Assembly: GCA_947259705.1 (NCBI GenBank)
Contig: CAMYNL010000002.1
Span: forward strand, 9,868 to 73,867
Reading direction: 5' to 3'
Length of the DNA stretch: 64,000 bases
DNA from: an uncultured Gammaproteobacteria bacterium
GTDB lineage: Bacteria > Pseudomonadota > Gammaproteobacteria > Arenicellales > JAANXG01
The position numbers were made by a program, and so were the translations under genes. This document shows positions 28,421-37,072 of the stretch, piece by piece; within the stretch, counting starts at the first letter, position 1, and every line of letters begins with the position of its first letter. The notes beneath the pieces were generated by a model. That model did not search any database and had not been told where the DNA came from. It saw only the letters and a list, made by a program, of their open reading frames with translations.

Positions 28421-29284
28421 TCAACCGCCGGCGCGGCGCAACCGGCTCGGGGTTTGATAGGTCGTGCCGAAACGCTGAAAGATGCGCTCCAGCTCGCCTT
28501 CGGCCTGCAATGCGGCAACCGCTTCCTCCACCGCCACGGCCAGGTCGCCGTGGTCGGCCTTGACCGCGGCGCCCACATCCCAGCCGGACTGGCGCAGCCC
28601 GGGCATCTGGATCGGGCCGAGGCGGTAGTTCGCCGCTTGGTCGCCGAGCGCCGCCTGCAACTCCGCGCGCGGCGCCATCACCCCGGCCAGTTCGCCCTGC
28701 TTGAGGGCCCTGGCGGCCTCCGCAACACTGCGGAAATGGACCACGTTGTCGCGGATCTGGCCGTTGTAGGCGCTGAGCAGATAGAGATCCGCCAGCGTAT
28801 CCAGTTCCACTCCCACCTTCTCGCGGGTGAACACGTCCAGCGCCAGCTCACGGTCGCCGAACCCGGGGTCCAGGGCCACCACGATCTGCTCCCGATAGTA
28901 GGGAGCGATCAGCCGCACGCGGTCGTTCCCGCGAGCGAATTCCGGATCATAGGGGACGTGCAGCATGACGTCGGCCACCACGCCGCCGAGGTAATGGCCC
29001 TTCCAAACGTAGATGCGCAGATCATCCTCCATGGTCTCGTCCGGCGGTACCAGCCGCACGGACGCGGAGACGCCCAGTTTCTCGGCAATCAGTTTCGCGA
29101 GTTCCACGTCGATGCCGGTCGAGCGCCCGCCCTGCTCGTAGGAAAACGGCGGGAAGTCGTGGTAGAGGGCCACATCCAGCACCCCCTTGTCGCGCACCTT
29201 GGCAAGCCCGGTGACGTCCTGGGCCATGCTGACGCCCAGCCACCACAGCAGGACCGCGGCGGCGGCCGGTTTCAGGTATTTCAA
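28421..29284 (-). CDS. quinoprotein dehydrogenase-associated periplasmic binding protein (MoxJ/XoxJ-like, family-3 SBP)
   Basis: 287 aa with signal peptide and an SBP_bac_3-like sequence (VLDVALYHDFPPFSY...). Lies next to the cytochrome c and PQQ dehydrogenase genes. Confidence 0.8.
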   Translation of the reverse strand: MKYLKPAAAAVLLWWLGVSMAQDVTGLAKVRDKGVLDVALYHDFPPFSYEQGGRSTGIDVELAKLIAEKLGVSASVRLVPPDETMEDDLRIYVWKGHYLGGVVADVMLHVPYDPEFARGNDRVRLIAPYYREQIVVALDPGFGDRELALDVFTREKVGVELDTLADLYLLSAYNGQIRDNVVHFRSVAEAARALKQGELAGVMAPRAELQAALGDQAANYRLGPIQMPGLRQSGWDVGAAVKADHGDLAVAVEEAVAALQAEGELERIFQRFGTTYQTPSRLRRAGG

Positions 29285-29312
29285 GGAGTCGGCCCTCCTG
29301 CGGCGTCGCTGG

Positions 29313-29738
29313 TCATTCCTCGACGTGCTTGGTCTCCAGCCAGGCGCGGATCGCCCACAGGGCCTCCTGGCTGAGGATACCCTCGAACTTGGGCATGTAG
29401 GTCACGCCGTTGCGGATGGCGCCGTTGCGCGCGCGGTAGATGAACCATTCATCACCCTCGTCCTCGACCGGAAGCAGGCGAAGGTCCGGCGCAATGCCGC
29501 CCGACATGCCTCCCAGTCCGTGGCAACGGGCACAGTTCTGGTTGTACGCCGAGGACCCGAGTTCAATGGCGTCCGCATTGCCGCGGTAAGGATTCTTCTC
29601 CAGCCAATCCTCCCCGATCTGGGGAAGATGTGACGTATCGACCGCCTGCGGCTGCACGTCGCCATGACCCAACACCACCCCGGTCATGGCCGCCAGGGAA
29701 GCAACTCCCAGTAATCTGGTCAACATCGTTCTCGCCAT
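29313..29738 (-). CDS. c-type cytochrome, electron acceptor of the PQQ dehydrogenase (PedF/XoxG/c550-like)
   Basis: 141 aa with signal peptide and a single haem site CARCHG. The C-terminus MPKFEGILSQEALWAIRAWLE is typical of this group. Confidence 0.85.
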   Translation of the reverse strand: MARTMLTRLLGVASLAAMTGVVLGHGDVQPQAVDTSHLPQIGEDWLEKNPYRGNADAIELGSSAYNQNCARCHGLGGMSGGIAPDLRLLPVEDEGDEWFIYRARNGAIRNGVTYMPKFEGILSQEALWAIRAWLETKHVEE

Positions 29739-29881
29739 AACAAATCACCTCTGGATTCTATTAAATAGAAAGGCGGCATCCCTTCCTGTGGACCCTCGCT
29801 TGCCGGGCCCGTGTGATCATGCACCGAATCGTACGCCTGAGGAAACGACCGGGGACTTTCGGTCGATGGTCTCTCAAGCAA

Positions 29882-29949
29882 GAAAGACCGGCATCCAGCC
29901 GGTCTTTCCAACCATGCAGCGGTGCCGGGGATGCAGGCGTCCCCGGCAC
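29882..29949 (-). terminator. tandem stem-loops between the PQQ dehydrogenase and cytochrome c genes (attenuator or partial terminator)
   Basis: First hairpin: gtgccgggga / tccccggcac (29922-29949), a 10-bp stem. Second hairpin: gaaagaccggc / gccggtctttc (29882-29908), an 11-bp stem followed on the minus strand by ttgcttg. Confidence 0.5.
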
Positions 29950-29959
29950 TGAACGCTTA

Positions 29960-31705
29960 CTACGACGCGGGCAGCTTGAACACCCACAGCGACCCGCCCT
30001 GGTTCAGGTACTTGACCTTCTTGGCCACGTCTCCGCCCCACAGCGGCACCGCGCCGCCCCAGCCGGAGGGCACGGCGACATACTGTTCGCCGTCCATCTC
30101 CCAGGTGATGGGACAGCCGACCACGCCGGAGCCGGTCTGGAATTTCCACAATTCCTTGCCGGTCTTGGCGTCGAAGGCCTTGAGGTAGCCCTCCGGGGTT
30201 CCGGTGAACACCAGGCCGCCGCCGGTGGTCATGACGCCACCCCACAGCGGCGCGTTGTTCTTGTACTCCCAGACGATCTTGCCGCTGTTCGGGTCGATGG
30301 CGCGCAGGGCCCCGATATAGTCCTCGTTGAGCGGCTTGATGGTGAAGCCCGCACCCAGGTAGGCGGCGCCCTTCTTATAAGTCACCGGCTCGTTCCACAG
30401 GTCCATGCCCCACTCGTTGGCCGGCACGTAGAACAGATTGGTGTCCGGGCTGTAGGCCATCGGCATCCAGTTCTTGCCGCCCAGGAACGACGGGGCGACG
30501 AAGATGGTCTCGCCCTTCTTGCCGTCCGCGCTCTTGGTCGGATCGCCGGCACGCACCCCGGTCTCCATCGGACGCCCGGTCTTCAGGTCGATGCCCTTGG
30601 CCCAGTCGATCTGCTTGACGAAGGGGAAGGCGTTGACCAGCTTGCCGTTGGTGCGGTCGAGCACGTAGAAGAAACCGTTGCGGTCGGCGTGGCCGGCCAG
30701 CTTCTTGCCGCCCGAGTCGAACGACACCAGTTCGTTGACGCCGTCGTAGTCCCAGCCGTCATTCGGCGTGTACTGATAGTGCCACACGATCTTGCCGGTA
30801 TCCGGGTTGATCGCCACCGTGGAGGTGGAGTACAGGTTGTCGCCGGGACGGGTATGGGCGTTCCAGGGCGCCGGGTTGCCGGTGCCGTAGAAGATGAGGT
30901 TGGTGTCGGCGTCATAGGCACCGCCCAGCCAGGGGGCGGCGCCGCCGGTCTTCCACATGTCGCCCGGCCAGGTGGCGTTCACCTTGCCGGTGACGCCGTT
31001 TTCCTTGCCGTCCTTGGTGCCCATATGGCCCTCGACCGTGGGACGCACCCAAACCATTTTTCCGGTTTTGGCGTCGCGCGCCTCGACCCGGCCGACGATG
31101 CCGAACTCACCGCCGGACACGCCGGTGACCACCATGCCCTTGACGATGATCGGCGCGGCGGTGAAGGAGTATCCGGCCTTGAAGTCGTCGATCTTTTCCT
31201 TCCACACCACCTTGCCGGTGTCCTGGTTGAGAGCAACCAGCTGGGCGTCCAGGGTGCCGAAGATGACCAGGTCACCGTACAGAGCGGCGCCGCGGTTGAC
31301 GACATCGCAGCAGGGCAGGATGCCGTCCGGCAGGCGATGGTCGTACTGCCACAGTTCCTCGCCGGTCTTGGCGTCGATGGCGTACAGGCGCGAATAGGAA
31401 GCGGTCACGAACATGCGGCCGTCGTGGACCACGGGTTGTGCCTCCTGGCCGCGTTGCTTCTCGCCACCATACGAAAACACCCAGGCCGGCACCATGTTCT
31501 TGACGTTTTCGGTGTTGATCTTTTTCAGCGGGCTGTAGCGTTGCCCCTGCAGGCCCATGCCCCAGGTCACAACGTCACCGGTGGTCTTGGCGTCGTTGGC
31601 GATATCACTGTCGGACACCGCCGCCTGGGCGGGCGCCGCCAGCATCACCGTCAGCAGGGCGGTTGCCCCCGCGACACTGACCCCAGAAAGATAATTGTTA
31701 TTCAT
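29960..31705 (-). CDS. PQQ-dependent alcohol dehydrogenase, type I (ExaA/PedH-like), with lanthanide-type DYD motif
   Basis: 581 aa with signal peptide. It has the [12 protein letters not shown] block, the vicinal disulfide PCCDVVNRG, and [11 protein letters not shown] with the extra Asp (codon 30743-30745) characteristic of Ln-dependent enzymes. Confidence 0.9.
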   Translation of the reverse strand: MNNNYLSGVSVAGATALLTVMLAAPAQAAVSDSDIANDAKTTGDVVTWGMGLQGQRYSPLKKINTENVKNMVPAWVFSYGGEKQRGQEAQPVVHDGRMFVTASYSRLYAIDAKTGEELWQYDHRLPDGILPCCDVVNRGAALYGDLVIFGTLDAQLVALNQDTGKVVWKEKIDDFKAGYSFTAAPIIVKGMVVTGVSGGEFGIVGRVEARDAKTGKMVWVRPTVEGHMGTKDGKENGVTGKVNATWPGDMWKTGGAAPWLGGAYDADTNLIFYGTGNPAPWNAHTRPGDNLYSTSTVAINPDTGKIVWHYQYTPNDGWDYDGVNELVSFDSGGKKLAGHADRNGFFYVLDRTNGKLVNAFPFVKQIDWAKGIDLKTGRPMETGVRAGDPTKSADGKKGETIFVAPSFLGGKNWMPMAYSPDTNLFYVPANEWGMDLWNEPVTYKKGAAYLGAGFTIKPLNEDYIGALRAIDPNSGKIVWEYKNNAPLWGGVMTTGGGLVFTGTPEGYLKAFDAKTGKELWKFQTGSGVVGCPITWEMDGEQYVAVPSGWGGAVPLWGGDVAKKVKYLNQGGSLWVFKLPAS

Positions 31706-31817
31706 CGCAGCAAGCTCCTCCGAGTGTTGAGATTAACGAGTTCAAAGTCCCGCAGCCCACGACACGCAGTCACCACAGGCGACGGCCGCCGTTTCGACTG
31801 GGGTGGCTTGATCCACA

Positions 31818-31833
31818 AGCAATAATGGTGCCA
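31818..31833 (-). promoter_or_regulatory. sigma-54 promoter of the PQQ dehydrogenase operon
   Basis: The minus strand reads TGGCACCATTATTGCT, a perfect TGGCAC-N5-TTGC, about 113 nt upstream of the ATG at 31705. Confidence 0.7.
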
Positions 31834-32076
31834 GACGGAGGCTCGTGCTCTACCGGCGCGGCTCCAGCCCGCCCGGCTCCGCCGCCGACGGGCATCATTA
31901 CGCCGCAAGCCATTGTTTATACTTGATTAAAACTTCCAGGAGTAGATTTCCTTAGCGCGTTACTTTGATTTTCAGCATGCCGCGCCCCTGGTTTGCCGCC
32001 TGCCGTGACAGGCAGACCGGCTCGCCTTCTCCATGGACGCGACAACTGTATCAGATTTGTGACAGCTTTGCGGTCA

Positions 32077-33027
32077 TTACCAGGTGCCCAGGGCATCGAG
32101 CATCTGCTGCTTCTTGGTTTCGTAGTCCTCGTCGGTGATCAGGCCCTGTTCGCGCAACCGGTTCAGGGTGGTCAGGCCTTCCTCGAGTTCCTGCCAGCTG
32201 ATGCCCCGCCCGACCGGCGCCGGGGCGGCGGCGGGTGCGGCCGGTGCGGATGGGCGGATTGCTTCCTCACTACCCAGTATTTCCCTGAGTTCTTCACGCC
32301 TTCTGGCCATTTCTTCATTTTTGCGCGTTGTTGCCATCTGATCGAGAGCAGCCAGCGCTGTTCTTACATCAATTACCAGCCAGTCATCCCGTCGAGAACC
32401 ATTTATCTGCTTATTTTCTATTCCGACGACTTTCATGATGGTCTTATCAAATTCTTTAGATCTCTTTGTGCGACTACCGTGATCAAATTTGTAGTGGAGG
32501 ATTCCCACATTGGTGGGATCATAGGCCGCCTCAAAGGCTTCCTCCCTAAGCCGGTTGTAATCTCCAATGATGACATTAAGTTTATTGTCTTTGTTAAACG
32601 CCCGACCGGCCACAAAATACCGCGCGGGTTTAAGAATAACAAAACGATCGACGCTCTTTTGCAGGGCGAATATGATGTCCTGGTTCGGATTGGCGCTCCT
32701 GAGACCTTTGGCGAGATTTTGACCCAGCAGTTTCGCCTGCTCAGCGGTAAATACAGGTTTTAGTTCTTCCGCTGACTTGCTGTCATCCTTTCCTTGGATC
32801 TTCAACGCCTCCAGGACAGCGCTTATTTCCCGTGCGTTTAATGCGACAGGATGATCATTCCTGCCAAAGCTCGATTCATCCTGGTCGGCGTACTTGATAA
32901 ACTCATTAGCACTCGCTTTCCAAATTTCATCGTCATCGGCAGAAGCATGACCTGCAAAGACAATTGATGAAGAAAGTATTAGAAGTGAATAAAAAAAAGT
33001 GGCGAGTCGATTCTCTGACATGTTCAT
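32077..33027 (-). CDS. secreted hypothetical protein with C-terminal SHOCT domain
   Basis: 316 aa, AT-rich, with a signal peptide and an Ala/Pro linker. The C-terminal LTTLNRLREQGLITDEDYETKKQQMLDAL is a SHOCT-type motif. Confidence 0.65.
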   Translation of the reverse strand: MNMSENRLATFFYSLLILSSSIVFAGHASADDDEIWKASANEFIKYADQDESSFGRNDHPVALNAREISAVLEALKIQGKDDSKSAEELKPVFTAEQAKLLGQNLAKGLRSANPNQDIIFALQKSVDRFVILKPARYFVAGRAFNKDNKLNVIIGDYNRLREEAFEAAYDPTNVGILHYKFDHGSRTKRSKEFDKTIMKVVGIENKQINGSRRDDWLVIDVRTALAALDQMATTRKNEEMARRREELREILGSEEAIRPSAPAAPAAAPAPVGRGISWQELEEGLTTLNRLREQGLITDEDYETKKQQMLDALGTW

Positions 33028-34548
33028 TGTATAGAGGCTTAGTCAGCCATTATGGCGAAGTGGGCTACGATGAGTTCAGAGCGTAAAGTACCCGGCAATC
33101 TTACAACAAATATGCAGACGCCGACAGTGAGAGGATAACCCGCTAACTATGAATCCCGGCCGCAATGCTGTCCACCGCTTCGTACACCGTAATGTGAGCC
33201 GAATACAAGCCACGGGTGACGACCCTGGGCCCGATCTACGACCCCCAAGAAGCTAAACTCATCTAGATTCCCACAGAATATCCACGCGGGTGAAGCGCTC
33301 GACATGCGCATGCTACGTCGATTTTTTACTGCATGCCCTGCATTCGGCCCCAGCTGAATTCGGGGACGCATGTCTCACTGTCAAGCCCAGCCACAGGCAA
33401 GCGCAGAAGGGTAAAATGATCAGTTACCCACCCACACATTTATACACGAAACACCGCTCTAACGCTGGACTGACGGAGCAACACGCCACTCAATCCACGG
33501 ACGCCGCGCCGACCCTCTGATCTCACGCGGTCGCAGCGCGCCCATTCCGATGCCGAGCTGAACCCTGGCGTTGAACATCTCCTTCGAGCGCAATTTTTTG
33601 ATTTGGGCGCCTTCCTGTGCCAGCCTGTTTACTTACCGATCACTCGATACATCGTCCACGACTTTAATACTAATGATCATTTGGACAGATCCATAGCGCA
33701 CTAGCGGATCAGCTCGCGTAGTCGCGCGACGGCCCTGGCCGCCTCAAGGAGGCGAGAAACAAGCCTTCAATTGCCTGTATCGGGTTTTCAGGCGTTACTG
33801 ATTTCTGTTGTGGATGCGAAAAAGCTTTGCTTGCAATCGCGACTACTTGCCGGAGAATCGCGCACCTGCACGCGCCGATCTACACCGCCCGTCGCCCCAT
33901 CACCGTAATCGTGCGTTAAGCGTCGACGGCTAAACGCCATGTTCGGTATTTAGCTCCGCAGGTACCCCATCCCGTCGTTCTACATTCTCACCTCCCGGTT
34001 TGCTTTTTTCCCGTCTGGTGGGCCCGCTCAAGTCTCTGGCTGGAATCCCGTTTGCGCGATGAGGGTCGGTTCGCCCCCTGAGTAGGGTACAAACTCCGCT
34101 AACCGCAAAGCTCGGCCGGGCGCGTTTCATAATTCGCCGCGGTTCCGACCACCGGCCCAGGCCTTGTCCGGGTGACCAGACGGCTCCTGGTCTACTACCG
34201 CCCGTCGTCGGCCGTAACCGGCCCTATCGTTGATCATCCCTAAAATCAATGTTTTTGGTATGGATATTGCTTCAGTTAATTGTTGTGCTAGTGATACAAA
34301 GAGTGGCTAAGCGGGTTCTTGCCCATTGTGTAACGAGCCAACGCAGTAAAGGCGCGGTATTCGATTAGAGCCGAATACTTCGGAGCACAATGGTCCGCGA
34401 GGTCAGAGCAATTGGCAATGAGTTAATTGTTGCTTCTATGAGACGCTCTGTTGCATTATTGGCACACTGCTGTTTAGTCGCGCAAGTTCTTGGCTGGCGG
34501 ACAGCAGGCAATTGAAATTTTCCAATTTGCTTGTGGAGGGTAATTCGA

Positions 34549-35775
34549 ATGGTTAATAAAAAATCGTTAGCAGGAGTCTGCGTAGCCGCAGCGACGATGA
34601 TGATTCCTGTGGCGCAGGCAGCAGAACATGAGGCGAAATGGGGTATTTCGGGCTGGATCAACGAAGGCATCACCTACTACGACGACGGCGTAGACAGCGA
34701 CGTAGCTCAGCTCTCCGATAACGGTACCACTCTAGGCAGTCGGATTACGCTCAACGGTTCTTTCATGCCTGCTGAAACCAATCTGACCGCGGGATTTGAA
34801 GTGATTCTCGAAGTCTTTTCCGGGGACCCGTACTTCGCCAATGGGACTCCGGTTACTCCACTGCTCTTCTCCAACCAGGACAATATCAACACCGTCAATG
34901 GTGCCGATATCGGTGTACTGGGCAGCAGTGTGAACATTGGTGGCAACTGGGGCAAGTTCACCATTGGTCTGCAGAGCATGCCTACGGACAATATTGCCGT
35001 ACTCGCGGATCCCTCGGGGACCATATGGTCCGGCATCTCCCCCGTCTTCCGCGGAAACGGGTTCCTGATTCGGGGACTGGGGGCGGGCACAACCAATGCG
35101 CGTTGGGGCGATTTTCTTCAATGCCTCACCGTACCCGGGCTGGGTATCGGTTTGGACTGTAACGGTATCTATCGTAATGGCGTTCGTTACGACCTGCCTG
35201 CGTTTGGTAATTTCAGTGTCGCGGTTGGTTGGGCGAATGACAAGGTCTACGATATTGCAGCGAAATACAGCGGTGAACTTGGTGGTTTGACAAGCAATAT
35301 TCACGCTGGCTATGCAAAAAACAATGACGGCGGCACCAACGTTAACGCGAGTGAGTCTGACGTTTTTCAGATTCAATGGGGCCTGCTGCATCCCGGCACC
35401 GGACTGTTCGGCCTGGCCACCTATCAAAAGGAAAATTCCGATAACGCGACCCCGGGGTCGGGGGATAGTGGTGATGCCTGGTACTTCAAGGGCGGTATCA
35501 AGAAGAAATGGGCCGCCTTCGGGCCGACATCGCTTTACATCGAGTACGGTTTGTACAACGACCAGTACGGCTTGGCTAACGCTGATGGCGTGTCCGGTTC
35601 TGAGGTCGATCGTATTGGTTTGGCCGTCGATCAGGAGATCGGCAGCAGATTGCGGATCTACGGCAAATGGAAACGGCTCAGCCTAGACGTAGACGGTAAT
35701 GCCACGGCCCAGACCTTGTATGGTGGGGCCGAGGACTTGAACCTGTTTACGCTTGGCTTCGTTGTGTTCTACTAA
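34549..35775 (+). CDS. outer-membrane porin, paralog of 17326-18393
   Basis: SD GGAGGG lies 8 nt upstream of the ATG at 34549. The signal peptide MVNKKSLAGVCVAAATMMIPVAQA shares the (V/I)PVAQAA motif with the other porin, and both share D(N/D)GV(N/D)SD. It ends ...LGFVVFY. Confidence 0.8.
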   Translation: MVNKKSLAGVCVAAATMMIPVAQAAEHEAKWGISGWINEGITYYDDGVDSDVAQLSDNGTTLGSRITLNGSFMPAETNLTAGFEVILEVFSGDPYFANGTPVTPLLFSNQDNINTVNGADIGVLGSSVNIGGNWGKFTIGLQSMPTDNIAVLADPSGTIWSGISPVFRGNGFLIRGLGAGTTNARWGDFLQCLTVPGLGIGLDCNGIYRNGVRYDLPAFGNFSVAVGWANDKVYDIAAKYSGELGGLTSNIHAGYAKNNDGGTNVNASESDVFQIQWGLLHPGTGLFGLATYQKENSDNATPGSGDSGDAWYFKGGIKKKWAAFGPTSLYIEYGLYNDQYGLANADGVSGSEVDRIGLAVDQEIGSRLRIYGKWKRLSLDVDGNATAQTLYGGAEDLNLFTLGFVVFY

Positions 35776-35870
35776 GGAATCGTGCGTAGGCCAACGGGTT
35801 TGCTGCGGCCACCCTCGGACGACTGCAAACGGGGCTAACGCCAAACCTGGCCTGGCTAAAGCAATACGAA

Positions 35871-35900
35871 AACGGCGCCTTACCGGCGCCGTTTTTTTTC
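35871..35900 (+). terminator. rho-independent terminator of the second porin gene
   Basis: aacggcgcc-ttacc-ggcgccgtt followed by tttttt. Confidence 0.85.
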
Positions 35901-36271
35901 AGCAGTAGGTTTATCGCAACAGTCCAGGGGCATTGCAACGGAATTCGGGGTGACAGACGCCGCTCTGGACTTCAAGGGCACATAGGTCGCTGTGGCTTGA
36001 ACGAAAGCTGGCCGCTACCCTTATTCTGCATTGTCGTTAGTGTGATCATTTATATATCCGTCTAACGAAAACGAAAGTACACCGGTCGCAGCGTCGAAAT
36101 GTTCTTCGGCATTACAGTCTGGCAGCTGGACGTAATTGAAGACCTGAATCCTTATCCGGACATCTTTGATCTACCAGACAAAAAATTAGAATCCCTGGCG
36201 AACGCCTGGTGGATATATTGAAAGCTGCGATAAAACCATCACAGCAACGCGACCTTAATTGATTATGTATA

Positions 36272-36736
36272 TCAGTCTCCAATCCATCTTCCTGCCTCCA
36301 TTGCACACTTGCGGATTGCTTCTGCGCGCTTGACGGGATCACCGTATATTTCCCACCCCAAAACAGCGGCATCAACCTCCAGGAGGAACTTTACAGCGCC
36401 GCGTATTTCATGAGGTTTGCCATATTTCCCGACAAAACAATCTGCCTGAGCCTCCTGTAATGCGGGATACAATTTGGGTGAAGCGAGAAGAGTATGGTTC
36501 AGCTTGATATGGGCATGGGCATGGGCCCGAAAGAAGCCGCAGGCGTCACCGATTTGTTCGCAGTATTCGGGATTATAAACAACGGCTGAACCCCAATTAG
36601 GATCAGCCCTTGCCATGGCAATGTCCGGCAGATTGGAGTCCTCGATTTCCCAAAACGGTACAACTGTCGCATTACTGCAGGACAGGAAAGCGACAACTCC
36701 CGCACACAGGATTCCGTTCCCTGGCTTGCTAAGCAT
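36272..36736 (-). CDS. hypothetical lipoprotein
   Basis: 154 aa with lipobox AFLSCS. It contains FFRAHAHAHIKLNH and several Cys. I recognise no family. AT-richer islet. Confidence 0.5.
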   Translation of the reverse strand: MLSKPGNGILCAGVVAFLSCSNATVVPFWEIEDSNLPDIAMARADPNWGSAVVYNPEYCEQIGDACGFFRAHAHAHIKLNHTLLASPKLYPALQEAQADCFVGKYGKPHEIRGAVKFLLEVDAAVLGWEIYGDPVKRAEAIRKCAMEAGRWIGD

Positions 36737-37072
36737 TTACGACAGATACAATCCAATGGGATGGAAAAGAAAGCGATTGTAGCTTGAGCCGACAAGGATC
36801 GTAAGAGTTCAACTCATCGAGGGCTCTATTGGGCTGAGAGTCGACGAAGAGATGTCGCAGTCTCGTCAATTCTCTGAGGATCTGGTCAGTCATCTGGATC
36901 ACGAATTAATAAACCTTGTTGCCTGATAGGTGCATTAGGTCAACGTGTCGCCGCCAAATTGGTAACTACCAGCCTATGGCGCTAACGCGAGTCGGGTTTG
37001 CAGCACATGCGTTTGCGGTCGATGGCCCGATATTGTGACGACTATTTCACCTAGCGATGCCCAGTGTTGCGA

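Noticed and set aside
29813-31825. 670-aa plus-strand ORF
   Set aside because: It is antisense to the PQQ alcohol dehydrogenase, whose identity is unambiguous. Shadow ORF.
33930-34130. 66-aa minus-strand ORF (MKRARPSFAVSG...) in the ORF-free tract
   Set aside because: It has no SD and no motif, is Arg/Pro-rich, and lies in the GC-rich core where random ORFs are expected.
33028-34548. I tested the ORF-free tract by eye for tRNA T-arm/acceptor motifs, tmRNA ends, RNase P core (GGAAAGTCCGGGC), group II intron 5' GUGYG / domain V, and IS or integrase remnants
   Set aside because: I could recognise none of these signatures on either strand. It is therefore reported only as an unexplained tract, not as a named RNA or mobile element.
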